DNA of 64,000 nt, taken from Eledone cirrhosa. Taxonomy: Eukaryota. Below are positions 1-19,555 of this stretch, one piece after another (position 1 is the stretch's first letter; each line of letters begins with the position of its first letter). The stretch spans positions 17,236,001 to 17,300,000 of the forward strand of contig OZ024765.1 of NCBI GenBank assembly GCA_964016885.1, given 5' to 3'. The position numbers were made by a program, and so were the translations under genes. The notes under the pieces were generated by a model. It was not told the origin of the DNA. It worked only from the letters and a program-made list of their open reading frames with translations, and ran no database searches.

Positions 1-40
1 AGCACTCTTTTTTTCCTGGACTTTTCCGCCGGAATTACTT

Positions 41-79
<39 letters not shown>

Positions 80-268
80 GCATATATGTATATACATGTA
101 TATAGCTATATATATATACATATATGTATATGCATATCCATACGTATATGTATATATATATATATATATATGCATATCCATACGTATATGTATATATATA
201 TATATATATATATGCATATCCATACGTATATGTATATATATATATATATATATATGCATATCCATACG

Positions 269-309
<41 letters not shown>

Positions 310-319
310 ATGCATATCC

Positions 320-356
<37 letters not shown>

Positions 357-512
357 TTTATATATATATATATGCATATATGTATATATATATACATATA
401 TATATATTTATACACATGTTTATGCATGGATGTACATAAACATATATTCATACGTATATATAAACATATATGTCTGTGTATGTATATATACATACATATA
501 TATATATATACA

Positions 513-1374
513 CGCGGTGGGTGAGCAAAGTTCCACCCAGACTTCACACAAAGAGTGTTCACCTTCAAAGTAATCCCCCTGGAGTATGTAACTGTAATCT
601 TAGCTCTCTGCAGCCATCAAACTTTTTTCCTCATAATTTTATATACATGTCCTCTGTTTCAGGTCGTCAAGCAATGATCACAGAGAAACGAACAAACTTG
701 AAAACTCCGTCAGAAGGACTGCGATTGCTGCAGCAAATGTATGGATATGAGACGATGTCACGCTCAGTGTTTTTGAGTGGTGCAAGAGGTTTAAAAAGGA
801 CTCGAGGACGTGGAAGATGACCCCAGGAGCGGAAGGCCCTCAACAACCAGGACTCAGGTAAACTTGAGCGCGTCAGGAAGATGGTGCTTAGCGTTCGTCG
901 GCTGACTGTTCGATTGATGGCAAATGAGCTGGACATGAATCGGGACAGCGTCTGGAAGATTCTCACTGAAGATTTGGACATGCGGAAAGTCTGCGCGAAG
1001 ATGGTGCCAAAACTGCTGAACGATGACCAGAAGGGTCGACGCATGCAAGTGTGCCAGGACATCCTCGAGTGTCTTGAAACCGAACCAGACTTGCGAGGGA
1101 CAGTCATCACCGGTGATGAGTCATGGATCTTCGTGTACGACCCGGAGGGGACTCGTTTTGAAGACTTGGACGCCATCAAAAAGGCCGTTTCGACGGAGCT
1201 GCGGAGGATCTCGGAAGAATCCTTTCAGGAGTGCATGCAAGCGTGGCAGAAAATGATGGAAAAGTGCATTAGACACCAGGGGGAATATTTGAAGGAGAAA
1301 ACTCTTAGTGTGAAGTTCGGGTTTGAAATACATCTTTTGTGACATCAGTCCTGGAACTTTACTGGCCCACCTCG
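513..1374 (+). mobile_element. Mariner transposon, defective and internally deleted
   Basis: Transposase motifs RKVCAKMVPKLL and VITGDESWIFVYDPE. Frameshifted HTH region. 3' TIR ...CCCACCTCG followed by TA. 5' TIR partly deleted. Confidence 0.92.
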
Positions 1375-1620
1375 TACATATATATAGAGTTGAGTAATAT
1401 TGGAGTAGAATAAAACTATGCATATATCATCTAAGTAGCGCACGACAGTTGAGAGAACTGTATAAATATATATATATATATATACAAACATTGAACGAAA
1501 CCAAAAATAATATGTCATTTAAAACATTCATATATAGATACAACGCTGATTTAAAAGAAAATTACATCATACCAAGGGCAATATACATACACATACATAT
1601 ATACCTGTGTATATATATTC

Positions 1621-1651
<31 letters not shown>

Positions 1652-1673
1652 AGTTTGTGTATTTCTGTGTGTG

Positions 1674-1705
<32 letters not shown>

Positions 1706-1776
1706 CATATATATATGAATGTGTGCCTGTATCGATACGTATGAGTTTAGAAATATATATGAATTATATATATGTG

Positions 1777-1816
<40 letters not shown>

Positions 1817-2187
1817 AATACACAAACACACTTTCATAAATATACATGTACCCACAAATGTATATACACACACAAAAATCATATATATATATATATAAAT
1901 GGATATCTAAATATACCCATCTTTTTCCCTACTCTCTCCATCGCTACACACATGCACACACACAGACATACATATATGCACATGCCTATACATATGTATA
2001 TGCATACACACATATACACACATACAAACCTATATATACACACACATATATATATTCACACACATACACATATATATATATATATTGACACATATAAACA
2101 TATATATTCACACACATTCATTATAAAATAACCTCCATCATATTTAATACTGCGTATATAAATTTAATCTCACTCTGTTCATCTGAA

Positions 2188-2233
<46 letters not shown>

Positions 2234-2678
2234 GAAAAATTGAACAGGGACAGAACAGAGAGGCAGTACGATAATATGTATGTATGTATCTATGTATGTA
2301 TGTATGTATGTATATATGTATGTATATTTGTGTATATATTTATTCATTTACATATATATATATTGCTCTCGATCTCTATATATACACATACATATATATA
2401 TAGATATATATAATTACATATATATAGATATATACAATTACATAGATATATATGTGTATATATGCATATACACATATATATGCATATAAATTTAGATATA
2501 TTTATATATAAAGATATACATGCATATAAATATAGATATATTTATATATAAAGATATACATGCATATATGTATACATATATACACACATATATATGCATA
2601 TATATATATGTAAATATTTATTTATTTACATATATAAATATTTCTCGGTCTATACATGTATATATATATATATGTATG

Positions 2679-2712
<34 letters not shown>

Positions 2713-2854
2713 TATACACATATATACACATATAGGGAGAGGGATGGGGAAGTATAACTGCAGTCATGTTTACAAATATGAAGTCCAGTGCACAATTTGG
2801 TGTGTTATATTCGGTTTTAAGAATTCTGCACCGGAAGTTCAATTTCTGAAAGGA

Positions 2855-2929
<75 letters not shown>

Positions 2930-3170
2930 CATATATATATACATATACATATATATATACATATATACACATAAACATATATACATATATATATATATGT
3001 ATACATATATACATATATATATATACATATATACATATATATATACATATATACATATATATATACATATATACATATATATATACATATATACATATAC
3101 ATATATATATATATACATATATACATACATATATATATACATATATACATACATATATATATACATATAG

Positions 3171-3201
<31 letters not shown>

Positions 3202-3436
3202 CATATAGATATATATATACATATATATATATATATACATATAGATATATATATACATATATATATATATACATATACATATATATATACATATATATAT
3301 ATATACATATACATATATATATATACATATACATATATACATATATAAAAATACATATATATATATACATATATAAAAATACATATATATATATACATAT
3401 ATAAAAATACATATATATATACATATATAAAAATAC

Positions 3437-3467
<31 letters not shown>

Positions 3468-3542
3468 CATATATACATATATACATATATGTATATATAT
3501 ACAAATACATATATATATAAATATATACATATACATATATAT

Positions 3543-3575
<33 letters not shown>

Positions 3576-3920
3576 TATACATACATATATATATATATAC
3601 ATATACATACATACATAAATATATACATATACATATATACATAAATATATACATATACATATATACATAAATATATACATATACATATATACATAAATAT
3701 ATACATATACATATATACACATATATACATACATACATATATACATACATATACACACATATATATATACACATATATATACACATATATACATATATAT
3801 ATATACATATATACATATATATACATATACATATATATACATACATATATACATACATATATATATACATACATATATATATACATATATATATACATAC
3901 ATATATATATATATACATAC

Positions 3921-3951
<31 letters not shown>

Positions 3952-4082
3952 CATACATATATATATATACATACATATATATATATACATACATATATAT
4001 ACATATATATATATACATATATATACATACATATATATACAAATATATACATACATATATATACATACCTATATATACGTAC

Positions 4083-4133
<51 letters not shown>

Positions 4134-4185
4134 CATATATATACATATATATATATACATATATATACATATATATATATACATA

Positions 4186-4237
<52 letters not shown>

Positions 4238-4388
4238 CATATATATACATATATATATATACATATATATACATATATATATATACATATATATATACAT
4301 ATATATGTACATATATATACATACATATACATATACATATATATACATACATATACATATATATATACATATATATACATACATATAT

Positions 4389-4800
4389 GGTGGCTGCCAA
4401 CTCGTTTTCGAGTACGGCCACTACTTTATATCCATGTTGGAGAACTCCTACCGATGCGCTGAACGAGTGTGACTTTTTAGTCCAGCCAGCGACTTGAAAA
4501 CTCTGGTACAAACACTACACTTGTGACCATTATTGACACATAGTGCAGGGCCCATGGTACCATGTGATGACAAGTGCAGAGAGATCTCCAGATATAAAGC
4601 AATGCCTGTGCTGTGAAGCTTTTATAGTGAGCAAAGGCACTGCACAAAGCCAGTCCCACTCTCTTAACCAAGATGATATTTACCAAAAAGAAGAACAGGT
4701 CAACATCATTGGATACCATCAGGGTTGCAGGTGTTATATCAGAGTTTTCCTTCTCCTAGAATTCTGCCTTGACAAAGGCCAAGGGGTCATCTCTCCCGGT
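4389..4800 (-). mobile_element. RTE-derived non-autonomous retroelement, 5'-truncated copy 1
   Basis: Near-identical to 28801-29302 and 52093-52705. Minus strand encodes a terminal zinc-finger remnant [23 protein letters not shown], followed by a 3' stem-loop and a (TA)n tail. Confidence 0.8.
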
Positions 4801-4943
4801 ATATACATGTATATATACACACATGTACATATACACATACATACACACACATGCATATATACATACACACACACACATACATACACACATACATACATAT
4901 ACATACATACATACATATATACATACATACATACATCCATACA

Positions 4944-4975
<32 letters not shown>

Positions 4976-5676
4976 CATACATATACATACATACATACAT
5001 ACATACACATACATATACATACATACATACATACATATACATACATATACATATACATACATATATACACACATACATATACACATACATACATACACAC
5101 ATACATACATATACATACATACATATATATACACACATACATACATACATATACATACATACACACACACACATACATATACACATACACATACATACAT
5201 ACATATACATACATACACATACATACATATATATATACATACATATATACATATACATACATATACACATACATACATACATACATATACATACACATAC
5301 ATATACATACATACATATACATATACACACATATACATATACACACATACATATACATACATATACATACATACACACATATACATACATATACATACAT
5401 ACATACATATACATACATACACATACATACATATACATACATACATACATATACATATACATACATACATATACATACATACATACACACACATATACAT
5501 ACATATACATACATACATACATACATATACACATACATACATACATATATACATATACATACACACATATATACACATACACACATATACATACATACAT
5601 ACATATACACACATACACACACACAGATACACACACACATATATACATACATACACATATACACATACATACATAT

Positions 5677-5716
5677 GGCGGCCGCCAACTCGCCCTCGAG
5701 CACAGCCACCACCTCA
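5677..5716 (-). mobile_element. 40-bp 3' terminus of a related RTE subfamily
   Basis: GGCGGCCGCCAACTCGCCCTCGAGCACAGCCACC aligns to the terminus GGTGGCTGCCAACTCGTTTTCGAGTACGGCCACT. Confidence 0.7.
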
Positions 5717-6215
5717 CATACATATATATACATATATATACATACATATATGCATACATATATATACATATATATATATACATACATATGTATACATATA
5801 TATATATACATACATATATATACATATATATACATACATACATATATACATATATATACATACATAGATATATACATATATATACATACATAGATATATA
5901 CATATATATACATACATAGATATATACATACAATATATATACATATATATATATACATATATATACATTCATATATATACCTATATATACATTCATATAT
6001 ATACCTATATATACATTCATATATATACATATATATACGTACATATATATCCTATATATACATACATATATATACATATATATACATACATTTATATACA
6101 TATATATACATCTATATACATACACATATATACATATATATACATACATATATATACATATATATACATACATACATATACATATATATACATACATACA
6201 TATACATATATATAC

Positions 6216-6255
<40 letters not shown>

Positions 6256-6581
6256 ACATACATATATATATACATACATATATATACATATACGTATATA
6301 TATACATATATAGATATACATATACGTATATATATACATATACATATATATACATACATATATACATATATATATACATATACGTATATATATACATATA
6401 CATATATATACATACACATATATACATACACATTTATATACATACATATATACATATATATATACAATATACATATATTACATATATATATACATATATA
6501 TATATATACATATACATATATATACATATATATATACATATATATATATATACATATACATATATATATATATACATATAC

Positions 6582-6612
<31 letters not shown>

Positions 6613-7171
6613 CATATACATATATATATATATACATATATACATATATATACATATATATATACATATATATATATATATTTCGTTTCTGAATTTGGTG
6701 CGTGTGTTTCTTATTAACAACATGACCCTCCCAAAGTATAACAATATATATATATACATATACATATATACATATATATACATATATATATATACATATA
6801 TATATATACATATATATATATACATATATATACATACATATATATACATATATATATATACATATATATATATACATATATATATATACATATATATACA
6901 TATATATATATACATATACACATATATATACATATTCATATATATATACATATATATATATATATACACATATATATATATATACATATACACACTATAT
7001 ATATACATAAACACACATATATATATATATTCAGAAACGAAATATATATATATATACATATACAACATATATACATATACATATATACATATATATATAT
7101 ATTCAGAAACGAAATATATATATATATACATATACACATATATACATATACATATATACATACATATATAC

Positions 7172-7204
<33 letters not shown>

Positions 7205-7213
7205 CATATATAC

Positions 7214-7262
<49 letters not shown>

Positions 7263-7271
7263 CATATATAC

Positions 7272-7302
<31 letters not shown>

Positions 7303-7999
7303 CATATATATACATATATACATATATACATATATATATATATACATATATACATATATACATATATATATATATACATATATACATATATACATATATA
7401 CATATATACATATATATATATATACATATATACATATATACATATATATATATATACATATATACATATATATATATACATATATACATATACACATATA
7501 TATATATACATATATATATATACATATATATATATACATATACATATATATATATACATATACATATATATATATACATATACATATATATATATACATA
7601 TACATATATATAGATACATATATATATATATACATATACATATATATATATACATATATATATATAGATACATATATATATATAGATACATATACACATA
7701 TACATATATATATATACATATACATATACATATATACATATATATATATAGATACATATATATATATACATATATATATATAGATACATATATATATATA
7801 TACATATACATATATATACATATACATATATATACATATATATATATATAGAGATACATATATATATACATATACATATATATACATATACATATATATA
7901 CATACATATACATATATATACATATACATACATATACATACATACATATATATACATATATATACATATACATATATATATATACATATATATATATAC

Positions 8000-8030
<31 letters not shown>

Positions 8031-8039
8031 CATATATAC

Positions 8040-8070
<31 letters not shown>

Positions 8071-8099
8071 CATATATATATATACATATATATATATAC

Positions 8100-8176
<77 letters not shown>

Positions 8177-8177
8177 C

Positions 8178-8222
<45 letters not shown>

Positions 8223-8280
8223 CATATATATATATACATATATATATATATACATATATATATATACATATATTATATAC

Positions 8281-8331
<51 letters not shown>

Positions 8332-8568
8332 CATATATATATACATATACATATATATATACATATACATATATACATATATATATATATACATATATAC
8401 ATATATACATATACGTATATATATACATATACATATATATACATACACATATATACATACACATTTATATACATACATATATACATATATATATACATAT
8501 ACATATATATACATATATATATACATATATATATATATACATATACATATATATATATATACATATAC

Positions 8569-8653
<85 letters not shown>

Positions 8654-8993
8654 CATATACATATATATATATATACATATATACATATATATACATATAT
8701 ATATACATATATAAATATATATTTCGTTTCTGAATTTGGTGCGTGTGTTTCTTATTAACAACATGACCCTCCCAAAGTATAACAATATATATATATACAT
8801 ATACATATATACATATATATACATATATATATATACATATATATATATACAATATATATATATACATATATATACATACATATATATACATATATATATA
8901 TACATATATATATATACATATATATATATACATATATATATATACATATATATACATATATATATATACATATACACATATATATACATATTC

Positions 8994-9036
<43 letters not shown>

Positions 9037-9535
9037 TATATATATACATATACACACATATATATACATATACACACATATATATATATATTCAGAACGA
9101 AATATATATATATATACATATACACATATATACATATACATATATACATATATATATATATTCAGAAACGAAATATATATATATATACATATATACATAT
9201 ATATATATATATACATATATATATACATATACATATATATATACATATACATATATACATATATACATATATACATATATACATATATATATTATATACA
9301 TATACGTATATATATACATATACATATATATACATACACATATATATATATATACATATACGTATATATATACATATACATATATATACATACACATATA
9401 TACATACACATTTATATACATACATATATACATATATATATACATATACATATATATACATATATATATACATATATACATATATATATATATATACATA
9501 TATATATACATATATATATATACATATATATATAC

Positions 9536-9588
<53 letters not shown>

Positions 9589-10429
9589 CATATATATATA
9601 CATATACATATATATATACATATACATATATACATATATATATATACATATATACATATATATATATATACATATACGTATATATATACATATACATATA
9701 TATACATACACATATATACATACACATTTATATACATACATATATACATATACATATACATATATATACATATATATATACATATATATATATATACATA
9801 TACATATATATATATATACATATACATATATATATATATACATATACATATATATATATACATATATATATATATACATATACATATATATATATATACA
9901 TATATACATATATATACATATATATATACATATATATATATATATTTCGTTTCTGAATTTGGTGCGTGTGTTTCTTATTAACAACATGACCCTCCCAAAG
10001 TATAACAATATATATATATACATATACATATATACATATATATACATATATATATATACATATATATATATACATATATATATATACATATATATACATA
10101 CATATATATACATATATATATATACATATATATATATACATATATATATATACATATATATACATATATATATATACATATACACATATATATACATATT
10201 CATATATTATATACATATATATATATATATAATATATACACATATATATATATATATACATATACACACATATATATATACATATACACACATATATATA
10301 TATATTCAGAAACGAATATATATATATATACATATACACATATATACATATACATATATACATATATATATATATTCAGAAACGAAATATATATATATAT
10401 ACATATACACATATATACATATACATATA

Positions 10430-10461
<32 letters not shown>

Positions 10462-10494
10462 CATATATACATATATATATATATACATATATAC

Positions 10495-10539
<45 letters not shown>

Positions 10540-11368
10540 CCATATATACATATATATATATATACATATATATATACATATATACATACATATATATATA
10601 CATATATATATACATATATACATATATATATATATACATATATATATACATATATACATATATACATATATATATATATACATATATACATATATACATA
10701 TATATATATATACATATATACATATATACATATATACATATATATATATATACATATATACATATATACATATATATATATTATACATATATACATATAC
10801 ATATATACATATACATATATACATATAATATATATATACATATATATATATACATATACATATATATATATACATATACATATATATATATACATATACA
10901 TATATATAGATACATATATATATATATACATATACATATATATATATATACATATACATATATATATATACATATATATATATAGATACATATATATATA
11001 TAGATACATATACACATATACATATATATATATACATATACATATACATATATACATATATATATATAGATACATATATATATATACATATATATATATA
11101 GATACATATATATATATATACATATACATATATATACATATACATATATATACATATATATATATATAGAGATACATATATATATATACATATACATATA
11201 TATATACATATACATATATATACATATACATATATATACATACATATACATATACATATAATACATACATATACATATATATACATATACATACATATAC
11301 ATATATATACATACATATATATACATATATATACATATACATATATATATATACATATATATATATAC

Positions 11369-11399
<31 letters not shown>

Positions 11400-11452
11400 C
11401 ATATATACATATATATATATATACATATATATATATACATATATATATATAC

Positions 11453-11485
<33 letters not shown>

Positions 11486-11627
11486 CATATATATATACAT
11501 ATATATATATACATATATTATATATATATACATATACATATATACATATATATATATACATATATATATATACATATATATATACATATATATATATACA
11601 TATATATATATACATATATATATATAC

Positions 11628-11658
<31 letters not shown>

Positions 11659-11685
11659 CATATATATATATACATATATATATAC

Positions 11686-11736
<51 letters not shown>

Positions 11737-12097
11737 CATATATATATACATATACATATATATATACATATACATATATACATATATATATATACATATA
11801 TACATATATATATATATACATATACATATATATATACATATATATATATATACATATACATATATATATACATATACATATACATATATACATATACATA
11901 TACACATATATATACATATACATATATACATATATATATATACGTATACATATATACATATACATATATACATATACATATATACATATACATATATACA
12001 TATACATATACATATATACATATACATATATATATATACATATACATATATACATATACATATACATATATACATATATATACATACATATATATAC

Positions 12098-12146
<49 letters not shown>

Positions 12147-12177
12147 CATATATATACATATATATATATATATATAC

Positions 12178-12208
<31 letters not shown>

Positions 12209-12265
12209 CATATATATACATATATATATATATATATACATATATATACATATACATATATATAC

Positions 12266-12302
<37 letters not shown>

Positions 12303-12413
12303 CATATATATACATATATATATATATATATACATATATATACATATACATATATATATACATATATATATATATATACATATATATACATATATATATA
12401 TATATATACATAC

Positions 12414-12446
<33 letters not shown>

Positions 12447-12999
12447 CATATATATACATATACATATATATACATATATATATTATATATACATATATAT
12501 ATATATACATATATATACATATATATATATACATATATATATAACATATATATATATATACATATATATACATATATATACATATACTTATATATATATA
12601 CATATACATATATACATATATATATACATATATATACATATATATACATATATACACATATATACATATATATACATATATACATATATATACATATATA
12701 CATATATATATACATATATATACATATACATACATATATATACATATACATACATATATATACATATATATACATATATATATACATATATATATACATA
12801 TATATATACATATATATATACATATATACATATATATATACATATATACATATATATATACATATACATATATATATCTACATATACATATATACATATA
12901 TATATACATATATACATATATATATACATATACATATATATATCTACATATACATATATACATATATATACATATATATACATATATATATACTTATAC

Positions 13000-13032
<33 letters not shown>

Positions 13033-13569
13033 TACATATATATACATATATATATACTTATACATATATATATATACATATATATATATATGTATCTACA
13101 CATACATATATATATATATATATACATATACACATATATATATATACATATACATATATACATATATATATATACATATACATATACACATATACATATA
13201 TACATATACATATATATACATATACATATATATATACATATACATATATATACATATACATATATATACATATACATATATATACATATATACATATACA
13301 TATATATACATATATATATATACATATACATATATATACATATATATATATACATATACATATATATACATATATATATATACATATACATATATATACA
13401 TATATATATATACATATAATATATATACATATATATATATAACATATACATATATATACATATATATATATACATATATATACATATATATATATACATA
13501 TACATATACATATATACATATACATATACATATATACATATACATATACATATATATATATACATATAC

Positions 13570-13624
<55 letters not shown>

Positions 13625-13637
13625 CATATATATATAC

Positions 13638-15873
13638 ATCAAAAAGTCCTGGCAGACATTTGTGGACACTGTTACAAACATATGTGCTAAACACACCCCA
13701 TTAAGAACTATAAACAAATCTAAGAGCAGAATCCCTAGAAATAGAAAAACGCTCATCAGAAAAATTAAGAGGAACGAACAAAAAAATCAACAATCTGAAA
13801 TACTGTCAGCAGCAACACATCAACTTGACTGCCATTTCATCACTAGAGATTAAAAAACATAACCTCCAAAACAAACATAATGTCCCTCATCAACAATCAG
13901 AGAAGAGCTGAAGAGGCCTGGGCCATTGAGAAGATCAAACTCAATCCCAAAGTGTTCTTTTCATTTGCAAAAAAACACAAAATCACTGGCTCTACTGTTG
14001 GCCCTCTAATTGATGAAAATGGCACTCTTCAAGACAATGCTAAAACCATGGGTGAGATACTGCAGAAACAATACTGCTCTGTTTTCAGCAATCCTGATAT
14101 GGCCGATCTGGGCTGTATCGGCGATGTTGCTCCCCATTACACCTTATCGGACATAACGTTTGGCGCCCCTGATGTCTTGGCGGCAATAAAGGAAATCAAG
14201 CATAATTCAGCAGTAGTCCCGATAGGTTCCCTGCTTGTGTCTTGAAGGCGTGTCAACACCAACTTGCTTCTCCTCTTGCCAATCTGTGGCGGAACTCACT
14301 GGATGCTGGATATGTGCCAGAAAACCTTCTATCCCAGTCTGTTGTCCCAGTTTTCAAAAAGGGAAACAAATCCCTTGCCGTGAATTACCGTCCAATCTCA
14401 CTCACCTCTCATATCATTAAGGTATTTGAGCGAGTGGTGAGATCGCGAATGACCCACTTCCTTGAGAGTAACAATATGCTGAACTCCAACCAGCATGGAT
14501 TCCGTAATGGAAGGGATTGCCTGACGCAACTACTGCATCACTTTGATGACATTTTGAGAGCCTTGGGAGAGGGTTCCAACACTGATGACATTTTGAGAGC
14601 CTTGGGAGAGGGTTCCAACACTGATGTTATCTACCTTGATTTCAGCAAGGCCTTTGACAGGGTTGATCATAACATTCTACTGAGAAAGCTGTCCAATATT
14701 GGTGTCACTGGAAAGCTGCTGCAGTGGATCAAGAGCTTCCTGTCAAACAGAACCCAACATGTTGTAGTTGAGGGAGTCAAATCAAGCCCAGCCAAAGTCA
14801 GTAGTGGAGTCCCACAAGGCACTGTGTTGGGCCCACTTCTCTTCATCATCTATATTAATGACATCACTGACATCATCAAACACAGCAACATTAAAATTTT
14901 CGCTGATGATTCCAAGCTCCAAAAGGTCATCAATGGCGTGGATGACCGGATAAGCCTTCAGTCAGACCTACTGGCTGTTACCCAATGGGCAGAAAAGAAC
15001 AACATGTTACTGAACGAAGACAAATTCGAACTGATCCACTTTGGAAAAGAGGATGCTCTGAAACTCCCGTACTCCCCTTCCCTCCGGGGAAAATCTCGTG
15101 GCATCTAACAACATCAGAGACTTGGGAGTAACCGTGGACAGCAACATAAGCTGGACCACGCATATAAGCAGCAAAGTTGACATGGCCCGCAGAATGTGTT
15201 CCTGGATCCTCAGAACCTTCCAGTCGAGAGATTCCCGCACCATTATCCTTCTCTTCTCTACTTTCGCCCGACCACACCTTGAATACTGTTGTCCACTGTG
15301 GTCTCCCCACACGAAACAAAGTATCATGAAACTTGAAGCTCCTCAAAGGGCAATCACGAAAAAGATAGATGGCATGTCAGACCTTGACTACTGGGGTCGA
15401 TTGGAAAACCTGAAACTTTACTCACTCCAACGTCGCCGTGAGCGTTATATTATATGCATGATGTGGAAAATGTTCCATCATCAATGCCCAAATGATGTTG
15501 GCATCGCCTTCAAGATACACCCAAGGCTTGGGCCCCGTGCTATCCGTCCCATTCAAAAATCTAAATCGCAACTCATAACAACAATACGGCACAATTATTT
15601 CACCTCAATCGGCCCTGCTCTCTTCAACATCACACCAGGACACGTCAAAACAGAAACTGACCACACAAAATTCAAGAAGTCTTTGGACAAATTCCTCCAA
15701 GTAATCCCGGACAAACCACCCACACCCGGATATGTCTCCGCAAACAGTAATTCTCTTCTCGAATGGGCCATGGTGCCCAAATCCTGAATTGAAAGACTTC
15801 GCCAGGTGGTGCTATTAAGTTAGACATGGCCTGGGCCAATACTGGCCAAAACATTTCAAAGTTATTCAAAGTT
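13638..15873 (+). mobile_element. 5'-truncated CR1/L2-group LINE with frameshifted ORF2 reverse transcriptase
   Basis: Motifs NYRPISLTS, QHGFR, DFSKAFD, GVPQGTVLGP, FADD, RDLGV and PHLEY across ORFs 13880-14245, 14242-15108 and 15098-15787. Short 3' UTR. Inserted in a TA array. Confidence 0.93.
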
Positions 15874-15903
15874 ATATACATATATATATACATATACATA
15901 TAC

Positions 15904-15935
<32 letters not shown>

Positions 15936-15988
15936 ACATATATATTACATATATACATATACATATATATACATATACATATATATAC

Positions 15989-16027
<39 letters not shown>

Positions 16028-16685
16028 TATACATACATTATATATACATATATATACATATACATATATATATATACATATCACATATATACATATATAT
16101 GACATATACATATATATATACATATACACATATATATATATACATATACATATATCTATATATACATATATCTATATATACATATACACATAATATATAT
16201 ATATACATATACACACATATATAAATACATATACACACATATATATATATATTCAGAAACGAAATATATATATATACATATACACATATATATATATACA
16301 TATATATATATACATATACACATATATACATATATATTATACATATATACATATATATATATATATACATATATACATATACATATATACATATATACAT
16401 ATACATATATATACATATATACATATACATATATACATATATATATATATACATATATACATATACATATATATACATATATACATATACATATATATAT
16501 ATACATATATACATATATATATATACATATATATATATACATATACATATAATACATATATACATATATATATTATACATATATATATATACATATACAT
16601 ATATACATATACAACATATATATACATATATATATACATATATACATATACATACATATATATACATATATATATACATATATAC

Positions 16686-16717
<32 letters not shown>

Positions 16718-17408
16718 ACATATACATATATATACATATACATATATACATATACATATATATACATACATATACATACATATATATACATATATATACA
16801 TATACATACACATATATATACATATACATATATACATATACAAATATATATATATACATATATATACATATACATATATTTATACATATACACATAATAT
16901 ATATACATATATATATATATACATATACATATATTTATACATATACATATATTTATACATATACATATATTTATACATATATATATATATACATATATTT
17001 ATAATATATATATATACATATATATATACATATATATATATACATATATTTATACATATATATATATACATATATATACATATATATAATACATATATAT
17101 ATATATATACATATATATACATATATGTATATATATATACATATATATACATATATATACATATATATATACATATATATACATATATATACATATATAT
17201 ATACATATACATATATATACATATACATATATATACATATACATATACATATATATACATATACATATACATATATATACATATATATATATACATATAT
17301 ACATATATATATACATATATATATACATATATATATACATATATATTACATATATATTATATACATATATATATATATATATATACATATATATACATAT
17401 ATATATAC

Positions 17409-17578
<170 letters not shown>

Positions 17579-17579
17579 G

Positions 17580-17644
<65 letters not shown>

Positions 17645-17863
17645 TATATACATATATATATATATACATATATATATACATATATATATACATATATATA
17701 TACATATATATATACATATATATATACATATATATATACATATATATATACATATATATATACATATATATATACATATATATATACATATATATACAAA
17801 TATATATACATATATATACATATATATACATATATATATACATATATATATACATATATATAC

Positions 17864-17894
<31 letters not shown>

Positions 17895-17913
17895 CATATA
17901 TATACATATATAC

Positions 17914-17944
<31 letters not shown>

Positions 17945-18369
17945 CATATATATACATATACATATATATACATATATATAATATACATATATATACATAT
18001 ACATATATATACATGTATATATACATATATATACATATACATATATACAAATATATATATATACATATATATACATATATATATATAATATACATATATA
18101 TATATATATACATATAATATATATATAATATATACATATATATATATATACATACATATATATATATACATACATATTACTACATACATATATATATATA
18201 CATATACACATATATATACACATATAATATACACATTTACATATACATATACATATATATATACATATACATATACATATATATATATACATATATATAT
18301 ACATATATATATACATATATATAGAAATATACATATATATATATATACATATACATATATACATATATA

Positions 18370-18569
18370 NNNNNNNNNNNNNNNNNNNNNNNNNNNNNNN
18401 NNNNNNNNNNNNNNNNNNNNNNNNNNNNNNNNNNNNNNNNNNNNNNNNNNNNNNNNNNNNNNNNNNNNNNNNNNNNNNNNNNNNNNNNNNNNNNNNNNNN
18501 NNNNNNNNNNNNNNNNNNNNNNNNNNNNNNNNNNNNNNNNNNNNNNNNNNNNNNNNNNNNNNNNNNNNN
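18370..18569. other. Assembly gap (200 N)
   Basis: Run of N. Confidence 1.
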
Positions 18570-18638
18570 ATATATACTTATATCATATATATATACATAT
18601 ATATACATATATATACATATATATACTTATATTTATAG

Positions 18639-18702
<64 letters not shown>

Positions 18703-18703
18703 C

Positions 18704-18833
<130 letters not shown>

Positions 18834-18848
18834 CATATTATATATACA

Positions 18849-18989
<141 letters not shown>

Positions 18990-19154
18990 ATATATAATAT
19001 ATATAAATACATATACATATATATACATATATATACATATATATATACATATATATACATATATATATACATATATATACATATACATATATACAAATAT
19101 ATATATATATATATACATATATATACATATATACATATATATATACATATATAC

Positions 19155-19185
<31 letters not shown>

Positions 19186-19523
19186 CATATAATATATATA
19201 TACATACATATATATATATATACATACATATATATATATACATACATATATATATATATACATATATATATATACATATATATATATACATATATATATA
19301 CATACATATATATATATACATATATATATATACACATATATATATACACATATATATATACATATACATATATATATACATATACATATATATATACATA
19401 TACATATATATATATACATATATATATACATATATATATACATATATATAGAAATATACATATATATATACATATATATATACATATATATAGAAATATA
19501 CATATATATATATATACATATAC

Positions 19524-19555
<32 letters not shown>

